Part shown: positions 1 to 8,882 of the stretch, one piece after another
Layout: each line of letters starts with the position of its first letter
Numbering within the stretch: position 1 is the first letter of the stretch
DNA from: a virus
Taxonomy: Duplodnaviria > Heunggongvirae > Uroviricota > Caudoviricetes > Ackermannviridae
Direction: 5' to 3' (one strand)
Virus record (IMG/VR): IMGVR_UViG_2974596396_000001
Coordinates: 88,254-152,253 of that record
DNA: 64,000 nucleotides
The notes under the pieces: model-generated
The model's input: the letters and a program-made list of their open reading frames with translations, nothing else
What the model was told of the DNA's origin: nothing
The model's database searches: none
Translations under genes and position numbers: made by a program

Positions 1-4
1 TCCG

Positions 5-880
5 TTGAACAACCTGGTTACGACTGAAGATGCGACTGTAATTTATGCCATCACTCGCGCCCCTGAGAAACGCGCATTCTATCTTGACGTCGGTACTCTC
101 GGTAAGAAATCTGCTGAAGAATACATGACCATGATGATGGGTAAATTCAAAAACCGCAACGCATATGACCGCACCACTGGTAAGATAACAGGTAATGCCC
201 ATCTTATGGGTATTGCAGAGGATTATTGGTTGCCGCGCCGCGAAGGTCAGAATGCTACAGAGATTGCGACTGTTGGGGGTGGGAATCAATTGGGCGAAAT
301 GGATCACGTGAACTATTTCCGTGAAAAACTCTATGATGCTCTAATGATCCCTAAGAGCCGCCTCCAAGAGGAAGGATCTATTAACATTGGGGGTTCTAAC
401 CTTGCGGAGATTACACAGGAAGAGCTGCGCTTCAGCAAGTTCTGTGCTGGGTTACGACGCCGTTACTCCCATTTCTTTATGGAATTCTTGCGCCGCCAGT
501 TAATTTTGAAAGGCGTTACGGATGAAAAGGATTGGAATGAGAAGATCAAACCGTTTATAAAGTTTGAATTCACATCCGATAGTTACATTCGTGAACAACA
601 AGAAAACGCTATCTTGAATGATCGTCTGGCTTCATTGAACACTGTTGAGCCATTTGTTGGTTCCATTTTCTCCATAGACTACGTCATGAGAAATGTATTG
701 CGTATGTCTGATGAAGAAGTTAAAGAACAACAAACGAAGATCGCGGAAGAGAAGAAGAAAGGTCTCTATCCGAAGGTTCAAGCAGATGAAACTGGCAATT
801 ATAGCGGTTCAGATGTTAGTCCGTTGAAGTTTAAACCTGAGACTATCCCATTCTCCGGTTCAACAGACGATAGTATTTAA
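5..880 (+). CDS. 20: Portal vertex protein gp20, C-terminal part; the 5' end lies outside the window
   Basis: The ORF runs from the window edge and resembles the T4 gp20 C-terminus. gp67/68/21/22/23 follow in T4 order. Confidence 0.8.
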   Translation: MNNLVTTEDATVIYAITRAPEKRAFYLDVGTLGKKSAEEYMTMMMGKFKNRNAYDRTTGKITGNAHLMGIAEDYWLPRREGQNATEIATVGGGNQLGEMDHVNYFREKLYDALMIPKSRLQEEGSINIGGSNLAEITQEELRFSKFCAGLRRRYSHFFMEFLRRQLILKGVTDEKDWNEKIKPFIKFEFTSDSYIREQQENAILNDRLASLNTVEPFVGSIFSIDYVMRNVLRMSDEEVKEQQTKIAEEKKKGLYPKVQADETGNYSGSDVSPLKFKPETIPFSGSTDDSI

Positions 881-886
881 AGTTCA

Positions 887-894
887 ACTAAATA
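887..894 (+). promoter_or_regulatory. Candidate late-promoter variant ACTAAATA
   Basis: ACTAAATA lies 28 nt upstream of the ATG at 922. An identical octamer sits at the same spacing before gp22. Confidence 0.3.
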
Positions 895-921
895 TAGAAA
901 ATTAATTCGGAGATCAAAATC

Positions 922-1092
922 ATGAGCGCAATTGATATCGTTCGTGCAGTAATTGACGGCGACACTGAAACTGCTGTTGCAGAATGCAACATGGAACTTG
1001 ATGCACGTAGTCAAGAACTATTAAACCAAGGCACAGCATATGTTCTGGATTCTATCGCAGCTGATATGAATTCAAACAACAACGGCCAGTAA
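922..1092 (+). CDS. 67: Small prohead core protein (gp67-like), 56 aa; below the ORF-track cutoff
   Basis: ATG preceded by a GGAG RBS. Small Ala/Asp-rich protein between gp20 and gp68/gp21, as in T4. Confidence 0.45.
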   Translation: MSAIDIVRAVIDGDTETAVAECNMELDARSQELLNQGTAYVLDSIAADMNSNNNGQ

Positions 1093-1100
1093 GGAGATGC

Positions 1101-1418
1101 ATGATGGAAATCACAGAGATCGCCACGTTCGCTGATTTCCTGGCCTCTCGTATGGACGAGCAGCGAGTCATCGATAAAGTGAACGCTCGTGGTAAACGCC
1201 GCCGCCGCTTGAAATGTGCCCCTGGGTTCAAATTGTCGGCTGATGGTTCACGTTGTGAAGTTATGGACGCCAGCGAACGTCGTGTTCGCAAGATCGGCAA
1301 CCGCAAAGCCCTCCGCTCTAAAAAGCGTATGGGAATGGGCTATCAACGTAAAATCGAGCGCCGCAAGAAAAAGGCTATGAAGTTCCGCAAAATGATGGGA
1401 CTGAGTAAGAACAAGTAA
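1101..1418 (+). CDS. 68: Basic prohead core protein (gp68-like)
   Basis: AAGGAG RBS and a very Lys/Arg-rich product. It occupies the gp68 position upstream of gp21. Confidence 0.5.
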   Translation: MMEITEIATFADFLASRMDEQRVIDKVNARGKRRRRLKCAPGFKLSADGSRCEVMDASERRVRKIGNRKALRSKKRMGMGYQRKIERRKKKAMKFRKMMGLSKNK

Positions 1419-1425
1419 GGAGTTT

Positions 1426-2094
1426 ATGATGAAACTGTTGCGTGAGATCACAGCGATAGGGAAGGATCTTCAAATCGGTGAGGCCACAACCTCAACTGGT
1501 GGGAAGGCCATGTTCATCGAAGGTCCGTTTGTGATGTGTAACCAAGTCAACCGTAACGGGCGTAACTATGATCTGCAGAAAGTGGGTATTCCTGCTGTCG
1601 AAGCATACGACAAAGAGTATATCCAAGATCGTCGCGCAATCGGTGAAGTCACACATCCTGACTATCCTTTCCCTAATCTGGTGGAAGCTGCGCTCAAAAC
1701 CGAATCCCTTCGCTGGGAAGGCACTAATGCCATCGGTCGGGCGCGAATTTTAAATACACCAAAAGGCCAAATCATACGTGCATTGGCCGAAGCAGACTTC
1801 AATCTGGCCGTGTCTACACGTGGCCTGGGTGAGACCAAGTCAGTAAACGGTTATGATGACGTTCAGCCTGGCTTTATGCTCACCGCTGTTGATGCAGTCG
1901 ACCGTCCTTCTGGACAAGTTTGTTATGTTAAGGCTGTGAGTGAATCTGTTGAATGGCAGCTTGATGAGGCTTCTGGTATTTGGATGCCTCGGGATGTTAA
2001 AGGAAACGTTGTTGATCAGTTGGTGAAAGCCAATATTCAAGTAGAAGACGACTTCCTGCGCCGCCTTGATGCAGCATTGAATCATCTGGGCTGA
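1426..2094 (+). CDS. 21: Prohead core scaffold protease gp21
   Basis: Product resembles T4 gp21 (NGR-Y and GEVTHP blocks match the T4 NGRIYP and GEVDHP blocks). AGGAG RBS. Confidence 0.85.
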   Translation: MMKLLREITAIGKDLQIGEATTSTGGKAMFIEGPFVMCNQVNRNGRNYDLQKVGIPAVEAYDKEYIQDRRAIGEVTHPDYPFPNLVEAALKTESLRWEGTNAIGRARILNTPKGQIIRALAEADFNLAVSTRGLGETKSVNGYDDVQPGFMLTAVDAVDRPSGQVCYVKAVSESVEWQLDEASGIWMPRDVKGNVVDQLVKANIQVEDDFLRRLDAALNHLG

Positions 2095-2104
2095 ATTTCA
2101 GCTC

Positions 2105-2112
2105 ACTAAATA
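2105..2112 (+). promoter_or_regulatory. Candidate late-promoter variant ACTAAATA
   Basis: ACTAAATA lies 29 nt upstream of the gp22 ATG. Same octamer and spacing as at 887. Confidence 0.3.
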
Positions 2113-2140
2113 CTGAAAAATCGTTCAGAAGGAAACTATC

Positions 2141-2980
2141 ATGAAACCTGAATTGCAAAAACTGTTTGAAGGCGTTAATGGCCTCAGCACCGATTTCTTG
2201 GACAAAGTATCTGGTCTGCTGGAATCTAAAGTTGAAGCCGCCCGTCTGCAAGCTATTCAAGAAACTGAAGCGGCTGGTAACGTTGAGCGCCTGACTCTGG
2301 TAGAAGCCCACCAGAAAGAAGTCGCAGACCTTAAAGAAAATTTCACTCTTCAGTTGGCGGAAAAAGTTGATTCGTTCCTCAACGCGGTTGTTGAAGAATG
2401 GGCTAACAAAAATGCTCCGGCCATTGACGCTCAGATCAAAACCGAAGCTGCTGAACGCTTCCTCACTGGTTTCTCTAATGTTCTGAAAGAAGCAGGTGTT
2501 AGTTTCGCCACTGACCCAGACGGTCAGATTGCAGCTCTCACCAACCGCCTGGCTGAAGCAGAGAAACGCGCCAGCATTGCCAATACTGAATTGGCTCAGC
2601 TCAAAGAAAGTGAAACCAAACGCCAGCGCAATGATGTCATTGATCGTATTTGTGAAGGTATGGTTGACACCAAGAAAGACACTGTTGTCAACCTGCTGGA
2701 AGGTATTGAATTCCAGACCGAGTCTGAATTTGAATCCCGTGTGCGCACCTTCCGTAACCTGGTAGAAGGCAAAGATGACTTCTCTGATAAAGTCGGCAAA
2801 GACAATGAAAAAGGCAAGCCGGATGGCGACAATTCTGAAAAAGACATCAAAGAAGGTAAAAAACCGAAGAAAGAAGGTGAAGCCGACGATGATGACGATG
2901 ACGATGATGACAAAGACGAAGTTGGCAAAGAAGTCAACGAAGCCGTCCGTCGCCAGATCAGTGCTTTGCTGAACGGCTAA
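2141..2980 (+). CDS. 22: Prohead core scaffolding protein gp22
   Basis: Helical, coiled-coil-like protein with a poly-Asp/Glu C-terminal tail. Sits between gp21 and gp23 as in T4. Confidence 0.75.
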   Translation: MKPELQKLFEGVNGLSTDFLDKVSGLLESKVEAARLQAIQETEAAGNVERLTLVEAHQKEVADLKENFTLQLAEKVDSFLNAVVEEWANKNAPAIDAQIKTEAAERFLTGFSNVLKEAGVSFATDPDGQIAALTNRLAEAEKRASIANTELAQLKESETKRQRNDVIDRICEGMVDTKKDTVVNLLEGIEFQTESEFESRVRTFRNLVEGKDDFSDKVGKDNEKGKPDGDNSEKDIKEGKKPKKEGEADDDDDDDDDKDEVGKEVNEAVRRQISALLNG

Positions 2981-3042
2981 TTTTAGCAGCCACAGCCCTC
3001 GAAAGGGGGCTTGATTTTGAACTACTAAGTAATTTCAACTTA

Positions 3043-3050
3043 ACTGAATA
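3043..3050 (+). promoter_or_regulatory. Candidate late promoter (ACTGAATA) for gp23
   Basis: Near-match to the ACTAAATA/TATAAATA class, 21 nt upstream of the gp23 ATG. Confidence 0.25.
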
Positions 3051-3071
3051 TCAATGTAAGGAACGAGCATC

Positions 3072-4394
3072 ATGACTAAGAAACTTGTAACCGAAGAAAT
3101 GCGCAAACAGTGGCTGCCAGTTCTCCAAAAAGAATCTGAAGCTATTCAACCTCTGTCTGCCGAAAACGTAACCATCCGTCTGATGCAGAACCAGGCTGAA
3201 TGGAACGCAAAAAACCTGGGCGAATCTGACGCACCTGGTTCTGTGAACAGCACTGTCGGTAAATGGCAGCCAGTTCTGATCGACATGGCAAAACGTCTGG
3301 CGCCGATCAACATCGCGATGGACTTCTTCGGTGTTCAGCCGCTGTCTGGTCCTGACGGTCAGATCTTTGCACTGCGCGCTCGCCAGGGTATTGGTGACAG
3401 TTCCAACACCGCACAGTCTCGTAAAGAACTGTTCATGCAGGAAGCCGATTCCGGCTATTCCGGTGATGGTACTGTACAGGCTGGCGACCCGTCAGGCTTT
3501 AGTCAGGCTGAGATCGAAGGTTCCGGCTCTGTCGTGACCACTATCGGTAAAGGTATGCCGTCAACCGACGCGGAACTGCTGGGTACTACCACCAATCCGT
3601 GGGCGCGTGTTGGTATCACCGTTCAGAAAGCGACCGTTACTGCCAAGTCTCGCGGCCTGTATGCTGATTACAGCCATGAACTGCGTCAGGATATGATGGC
3701 AATTCACGGCGAAGACGTGGATAATATCCTGTCTGACGTGATGGTAACTGAAATTCAGGCGGAAATGAACCGTGAATTCATCCGTACCATGAACTTCAGT
3801 GCTGTTCGCTTCAAAAAATTCGGCACCAACGGTGTTGTTGATATCGCGCAGGACATCTCTGGTCGTTGGGCGCTGGAAAAATGGAAGTTCCTGACTTTCA
3901 TGCTGGAAGTTGAAGCGAACGGTATCGGTGTTGACACCCGTCGTGGTAAAGGCAACCGTGTTCTGTGTTCTCCGAACGTGGCATCCGCTCTGGCGATGTC
4001 TGGCATGCTGGACTATGCTCCGGTTCTGCAGGAAAACACTAAACTGGCTGTTGACCCGACTGGCCAGACCTTCGCTGGTGTTCTGTCCAACGGTATGCGC
4101 GTCTATGTTGACCCGTATGCTGTAGCAGAATATATCACTCTGGCATACAAAGGCGCAACTGCGCTGGATGCCGGTATCTTCTTCGCGCCGTATGTGCCGC
4201 TGGAAATGTACCGCACCCAGGGTGAAACCACCTTCGCTCCGCGTATGGCGTTCAAAACCCGTTACGGCATCTGTGCTAACCCGTTCGTACAGATTCCGGC
4301 TAACCAAGACCCGCAGGTTTACGTGACTGCTGACGGTATTGCTCAAGACAGCAACCCGTATTTCCGCAAAGGTCTGATCAAATCTCTGTTCTAA
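3072..4394 (+). CDS. 23: Major capsid protein gp23 (440 aa; T4 gp23 is 521 aa)
   Basis: Collinear similarity to T4 gp23, including the blocks FGVQPLSGP-GQIFALRA and VLSNGMRVYVDPYA-YITLAYKG. Strong RBS. Confidence 0.9.
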   Translation: MTKKLVTEEMRKQWLPVLQKESEAIQPLSAENVTIRLMQNQAEWNAKNLGESDAPGSVNSTVGKWQPVLIDMAKRLAPINIAMDFFGVQPLSGPDGQIFALRARQGIGDSSNTAQSRKELFMQEADSGYSGDGTVQAGDPSGFSQAEIEGSGSVVTTIGKGMPSTDAELLGTTTNPWARVGITVQKATVTAKSRGLYADYSHELRQDMMAIHGEDVDNILSDVMVTEIQAEMNREFIRTMNFSAVRFKKFGTNGVVDIAQDISGRWALEKWKFLTFMLEVEANGIGVDTRRGKGNRVLCSPNVASALAMSGMLDYAPVLQENTKLAVDPTGQTFAGVLSNGMRVYVDPYAVAEYITLAYKGATALDAGIFFAPYVPLEMYRTQGETTFAPRMAFKTRYGICANPFVQIPANQDPQVYVTADGIAQDSNPYFRKGLIKSLF

Positions 4395-4412
4395 TCGACA
4401 GGTTTTGATAAC

Positions 4413-4440
4413 AAACCCCGCCGAAGCGGGGTTTTTCTTT
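4413..4440 (+). terminator. Rho-independent terminator after gp23
   Basis: AAACCCCGC-CGAA-GCGGGGTTT stem-loop followed by a T-tract. Confidence 0.8.
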
Positions 4441-4488
4441 ATAGGGATATGTAAGATAATAAAGCCTCATTTATCAAAGGAGGTTAAA

Positions 4489-4725
4489 ATGTCTCATCAA
4501 TTATCTGGCGGTGCAGTCGATACTCTATTCGTTCTTTTCTGGTTTGGACCTCGTGAAGCTGGGGAAATACCTGCTAAATCTGGAGAAGCCGAATTGGCCT
4601 CCCTGGGGTTTTGTAAACGAGTTGATGTTAAAAACGTACCAAAAGGTCGAGATACACATCTGTGTGTACTCACCGAGGAAGGTTACAAATACGCATATCT
4701 GAAATATGTTTCTCAAAATACGTGA
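4489..4725 (+). CDS. Hypothetical protein
   Basis: ATG with AAAGGAGG RBS. Inner start of ORF 4405. Confidence 0.4.
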   Translation: MSHQLSGGAVDTLFVLFWFGPREAGEIPAKSGEAELASLGFCKRVDVKNVPKGRDTHLCVLTEEGYKYAYLKYVSQNT

Positions 4726-4812
4726 TTGTTTATCGTAACGATTTAATACGCGAATAGTTCAATAACAATTCCTGTTGTACGATATAACTTTCTTACAACA
4801 GGAGTATCAGTC

Positions 4813-5127
4813 ATGACAACCCGAAATATTACCTCTGAACAATCCGTGTCACAAATCCTCATTAATTCCCGCACCCAAAAAGAACGTCTTTTTGACATCC
4901 TCACTAATGTGATCAATATTCGTCGACAATTAGATGGTGAATTTCCCGAATCTGATTCTGAAGAAAAATCAACACACAATCCAGGTCTTGTTGGTGCTAT
5001 CCTTAACATACAAGGAGAGCAGGACGATATCATCGATAGAATCAATGCCCACATGGACGTCATCCATACTAAACTGGGAACGTTTTATCACCCAAATTGT
5101 GAAGACGAGTCTAAAGATAATTGTTAA
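4813..5127 (+). CDS. Hypothetical protein
   Basis: ORF with CAGGAG RBS. Confidence 0.4.
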   Translation: MTTRNITSEQSVSQILINSRTQKERLFDILTNVINIRRQLDGEFPESDSEEKSTHNPGLVGAILNIQGEQDDIIDRINAHMDVIHTKLGTFYHPNCEDESKDNC

Positions 5128-5188
5128 TGTTTTCAATAAATGGGTAATGAACCATCATTACCCAACTTTCACAATAGGAATACAACTC

Positions 5189-5383
5189 ATGGCAAAAGAA
5201 ACTCTTAACAATGAAAACTCCAACTTTGCAGAATGGCATACCGAATTAGAGCGCGTTGCCCGTTCTCAACATGGTTCTGCCGCTGATGCAGATGCTTGGC
5301 GTGAAGATTATGAATCTGGAAAAACTCCACGTCAGGCTTGGGAAGACGAATGGGGGTGGGATGATGCCGACTCTAATCCGTAA
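5189..5383 (+). CDS. Hypothetical small acidic protein
   Basis: Inner ATG of ORF 4934. Trp/Asp/Glu-rich product. Confidence 0.3.
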   Translation: MAKETLNNENSNFAEWHTELERVARSQHGSAADADAWREDYESGKTPRQAWEDEWGWDDADSNP

Positions 5384-5594
5384 GATATATCTGGATAAGA
5401 ACTATTTGGAATCTAAAATCGAAGTTTTCACGGCTCAAAAAATATTTGAAGACGGTGAAACGAGATATTATCTGAATCCAGACCTTTATCTCCCAGGAAG
5501 TAATTTGAATCGCGACATATCCCAAATAGACGGCACAATCATTCGTTGGGAAATAGCGACGCAAGAAGACAACTGTCACAACATAACACTTTGA
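5361..5594 (+). CDS. Hypothetical protein
   Basis: ATGATG start preceded by a G-rich RBS. Overlaps the end of the previous gene. Confidence 0.3.
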   Translation: MMPTLIRKIYLDKNYLESKIEVFTAQKIFEDGETRYYLNPDLYLPGSNLNRDISQIDGTIIRWEIATQEDNCHNITL

Positions 5595-5609
5595 AGAGAG
5601 AACTACATC

Positions 5610-6056
5610 ATGTCTAAACAAAATTATATCTTTATTAGTCCAGGACGTTCCCAGTTTTTTCGTAGCGACATCGATACACCTATCGAAGGTTTTCGCATTT
5701 TCAAATGCTATAAATTGGCCAGCGGTGACATTGATTATCAAAGTCACGACAATGACCGCCAAGACTTGGTTGATAACGGTTGGGAAGAAATAGATTCTCC
5801 TCAATATCTGACCGTCAACCTTTATTATATGAAGGAAAGCGGTAAATATTATTCGACTGGGGAGTTGAAAATCCGAGTTTCAGAAGCCCAATCCAATCCA
5901 GCAAAAAGTTGGTATGACACGCAAGAGTTAGTGCGTGATCTCCTGAAGAAAGGCGAACTGCCTGGCTTGGTTAAAGGTTCCCGTTTTGATACCTTCATGT
6001 CCTGTGAACAACACCCGTGCTATGTTCCGACTTTATTTAAAATCAGCAACATGTGA
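5610..6056 (+). CDS. Hypothetical protein
   Basis: ORF with RBS. Confidence 0.5.
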   Translation: MSKQNYIFISPGRSQFFRSDIDTPIEGFRIFKCYKLASGDIDYQSHDNDRQDLVDNGWEEIDSPQYLTVNLYYMKESGKYYSTGELKIRVSEAQSNPAKSWYDTQELVRDLLKKGELPGLVKGSRFDTFMSCEQHPCYVPTLFKISNM

Positions 6057-6067
6057 GAGATTAATAT

Positions 6068-6442
6068 ATGAGCAATTTACCACTGCTTCAAGTCGGCGAT
6101 GTGTTCGTTCTCACAGAAGAAATGACCATTGAAACTCAGGTGCCTAAACATTTCTTGTATTCTAATTGCAAGGGAGATTGGCAAACGGACTCTGGTTATA
6201 TCACCCCTGAGGGATTCTTCGGTTACATGCAAGGGCATTATGTCGTTACCAAAACAGCTCTACAAGGAGGTAGCGCTGGTCACGACCCATACCCAGACGG
6301 TCATCATGTTTGGGCACAGCATACCGAAAATGAACGCATCAGGATCTGTTTTTATCAGACAGGCAGCTTCAGAAACATGCACCGTAACGTTCCAGTAGTC
6401 GGAAAAGCCAAGGCGCAAACATGGACTTGGGAGAAATTATGA
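6068..6442 (+). CDS. Hypothetical protein
   Basis: ORF with RBS. Confidence 0.5.
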   Translation: MSNLPLLQVGDVFVLTEEMTIETQVPKHFLYSNCKGDWQTDSGYITPEGFFGYMQGHYVVTKTALQGGSAGHDPYPDGHHVWAQHTENERIRICFYQTGSFRNMHRNVPVVGKAKAQTWTWEKL

Positions 6443-6675
6443 GAATCAAAAAGATTGGAGCAAGCCCGTTGACGGGCACTATCTTCCAAGGTACATTGAA
6501 TACCAAAACCAGTATGTGGGTAGGTGAGAAGACCGACGTGACTAACGACTGTGTAGCGGCTACGGCTGAACACATGCGCCACATCAAGAAAGACTACTGC
6601 TTCCCTACTAAAGACGGCAAGTTCCTGGTGCTGAGCGCTGAGGTTCACGACACTCTTCCTGATCGCTTCAAATAA
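6439..6675 (+). CDS. Hypothetical protein
   Basis: ATGA overlap with the upstream stop. GGGAGA RBS. Confidence 0.45.
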   Translation: MRIKKIGASPLTGTIFQGTLNTKTSMWVGEKTDVTNDCVAATAEHMRHIKKDYCFPTKDGKFLVLSAEVHDTLPDRFK

Positions 6676-6696
6676 ATTTAAAATTTATTCAATAAA

Positions 6697-6723
6697 CGGG
6701 GTTTACTTCTTCAATAAACCCCG
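6697..6723 (+). terminator. Hairpin terminator that encloses the -35 of the next promoter
   Basis: 8-bp stem CGGGGTTT / AAACCCCG with an 11-nt loop. Confidence 0.5.
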
Positions 6724-6729
6724 TATACT
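6701..6729 (+). promoter_or_regulatory. Host sigma70-type early promoter
   Basis: -35 GTTTAC/TTTACT, 16-17 nt spacer, -10 TATACT. AT-rich upstream sequence. The same architecture occurs at 43072 and 55615. Confidence 0.6.
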
Positions 6730-6778
6730 TCATTCCATAAGCAGCACAACACTGACTCTGAAATGAAGGAACTACACC

Positions 6779-7075
6779 ATGAACAACATGCCAACCACCA
6801 AAACTGCTCTGGAAATCGATTCTCGCTTTATCGTTGAAGCATGGGCCAACAGCCAAAACTCTTATGTGTATTCCCTTTATGTCGGTGACACTTATGTTTC
6901 TTGCCTCGGCATCGACGGCTCCAAGAACGAGCACGGCGTGAACGAGCGCTATACCAAAAAGCAGGCTATCGCTGATGCTACCAAATTCGCGACTGACATT
7001 CTGGGTCGCATCAATGCGGGTAAACCGTACAAACGCGGTGAAAAGGGCTATGTCACCCAATTGCTTGGTGCTTGA
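6779..7075 (+). CDS. Early hypothetical protein, first gene after the early promoter
   Basis: GAAGGA RBS. About 50 nt downstream of the promoter. Confidence 0.5.
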   Translation: MNNMPTTKTALEIDSRFIVEAWANSQNSYVYSLYVGDTYVSCLGIDGSKNEHGVNERYTKKQAIADATKFATDILGRINAGKPYKRGEKGYVTQLLGA

Positions 7076-7144
7076 TTTGTTCTAAACCTTTGAACGGGGT
7101 ATGTTAACCGCATACCCTATCCCCTACAAATAGAGGACTTTACC

Positions 7145-7489
7145 ATGACAGTCGACACCAAACTGAATAATTCCGTGGAGATCCCCCACATCGTCAAATT
7201 CGAAAAGCCGAGCGAGCGTAAGCCACGCAAAACGCGCCGCCTGGTCACCAAGCTGGATCTTCTGAAACAGAAGTTCGGCGATCACAGTGTGTTCACTCGC
7301 ATCCGTAACGCATTAAAGGAAGGGCGAACCGAGTTGGAGCTATATCGTCCAAACGGTTCGACTCGTGCGTATCAGACCACCGACGGTTTGCTGGAACTGA
7401 TCCGCCTCTCGGGAATGAGCATAGAACCTCGTTCATCAGGGACTCCCTTGTGCAGCCTGTACGTCATCAGCAATCTTGGGGCGCTGTGA
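7145..7489 (+). CDS. Hypothetical basic protein
   Basis: ORF with GAGGA RBS. Confidence 0.45.
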   Translation: MTVDTKLNNSVEIPHIVKFEKPSERKPRKTRRLVTKLDLLKQKFGDHSVFTRIRNALKEGRTELELYRPNGSTRAYQTTDGLLELIRLSGMSIEPRSSGTPLCSLYVISNLGAL

Positions 7490-7494
7490 GTTCT

Positions 7495-7917
7495 ATGAAG
7501 AAATATGTCGTGCTCATTACAGGTTCCCGCTCAATAACCGAGCGGGATAAAATCTTCGCCAAACTGGATGAACTGTTAGATCCCCACGAGATCGAAACTT
7601 TTATAGAAGGTGAAGCGGTTGGTGTGGACTTGATATCTCGTGATTGGTGTGAAATCAATTATGTCCATGTTACGCCAATGGGGATCCCTAAGGATTATCA
7701 CACGATATATGGGAAAGGCGCAGGAAACCAACGTAACAAAGATATGTTAGACAAAGCTACAACCCTGGCCAAACAAAAAGGTCTTGAGGTCTTTGGAATT
7801 GCGTTATGGGATGGTTCGTCTACTGGGACGCAAGACATGATTACCCGCATGAAAAAAGCAGGAGTCAATGTCAATATCACTCTCATGGGCAAACCCAAAA
7901 CCAAACGATTGTTATAA
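7495..7917 (+). CDS. SLOG/DprA-like (DUF2493-like) putative nucleotide-binding protein
   Basis: VVLITGSRS-ITERD N-terminal motif of the SLOG superfamily. Confidence 0.35.
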   Translation: MKKYVVLITGSRSITERDKIFAKLDELLDPHEIETFIEGEAVGVDLISRDWCEINYVHVTPMGIPKDYHTIYGKGAGNQRNKDMLDKATTLAKQKGLEVFGIALWDGSSTGTQDMITRMKKAGVNVNITLMGKPKTKRLL

Positions 7918-7950
7918 ATATGTTTGCCTTCACACCCATATGGAGTTAGC

Positions 7951-8122
7951 TATGCTGCAATTAATTTTGATTCTTTGTGTCGCTTTTACCATGTACTTTC
8001 TGGCGCGAATCAGTTATATCACACTAAATGATCTGAAAGATACACCACGCGAACCTAAATTTATATTTCTAAAGAAATACACCAAAAAGTTCTGCGAGAA
8101 TTTTATCTATCATCTTCCGTGA
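7951..8122 (+). CDS. Small membrane protein (1 TM)
   Basis: Inner ATG of ORF 7868 with GGAG RBS. Hydrophobic N-terminus. Confidence 0.35.
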
Positions 8123-8123
8123 T

Positions 8124-8131
8124 TATAAATA
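8124..8131 (+). promoter_or_regulatory. T4-type late promoter TATAAATA
   Basis: Exact TATAAATA 22 nt upstream of the ATG at 8154. A hairpin ACCCCCAAAATTGGGGGT follows it. Confidence 0.55.
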
Positions 8132-8153
8132 CCCCCAAAATTGGGGGTATTTT

Positions 8154-8882
8154 ATGAACGCACAAATCTACGATGTCCTTTCCTCTGGTAATGCATTTAG
8201 CAACCCGCTTCCGTCCCTCTCCGGACCCTCACAGGATTTAATCACCAGTGGTAGTACCAATATACCATTGATAACTGCCAACGCGACTCCGGAGATGCAG
8301 GCGGCTATGGTTGCTGGTGGACTAACACCAGAAAAACTCACAGCAGCCACCACCATGTATAGCGCCGCCAACACGGGGATAACGACACTGAACACATATG
8401 GCGACCAAAGTATCAATGACGCGTATTCTCGCATCGGTACTTCCGTGTCATACAAATCAGGTCTGAAGGGTATATCACGAGAGCCAAACAATTGTGATTT
8501 GATCAACAAGGCTTTTGGTGTTGTTCAGGATTTAGGACGCCAATGGCTGAATGCTATGGAAGGTGCTCTACAGACCGTAACAAACAAGATATCGGAATTG
8601 TATGACATGATTATGGAAGGTGCCTCAGAAGGGATGGCAAAACTACAGCAATTGGCTGCTGAAGTAACAGGACATATCAATGAGGCAATAACCGCCGTCA
8701 ATGGAGTTATAAACGATATCACCGATGGGATAGCTGCAGAACTTGCTCATATTGAAAGTATGATCAAAGAATGTCTAAACTTCTCTTTTGCGAATGTTCT
8801 TGGAGAATGGGCTAAAGATCTCTGTGCTGGAGGCGTTATTGATAAAATAGGGACTCCAGAATTAAAAGAGTCCCTGAAATAA
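8154..8882 (+). CDS. Late protein, probably virion structural
   Basis: Lies downstream of a consensus late promoter. No recognisable catalytic motif. Confidence 0.5.
   Translation: MNAQIYDVLSSGNAFSNPLPSLSGPSQDLITSGSTNIPLITANATPEMQAAMVAGGLTPEKLTAATTMYSAANTGITTLNTYGDQSINDAYSRIGTSVSYKSGLKGISREPNNCDLINKAFGVVQDLGRQWLNAMEGALQTVTNKISELYDMIMEGASEGMAKLQQLAAEVTGHINEAITAVNGVINDITDGIAAELAHIESMIKECLNFSFANVLGEWAKDLCAGGVIDKIGTPELKESLK

Noticed and set aside
2596-2937. Ser-rich minus-strand ORF and GAT/GAC repeats near 2880-2910
   Set aside because: It is the antisense of the acidic tail of gp22. The repeat simply encodes poly-Asp and is not a repeat element or CRISPR array.
3561-4346. 261-aa minus-strand ORF (and the ORFs at 3755 and 3910) inside gene 23
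   Set aside because: It lies fully antisense to a highly conserved capsid gene, with no RBS. This is a typical shadow ORF.
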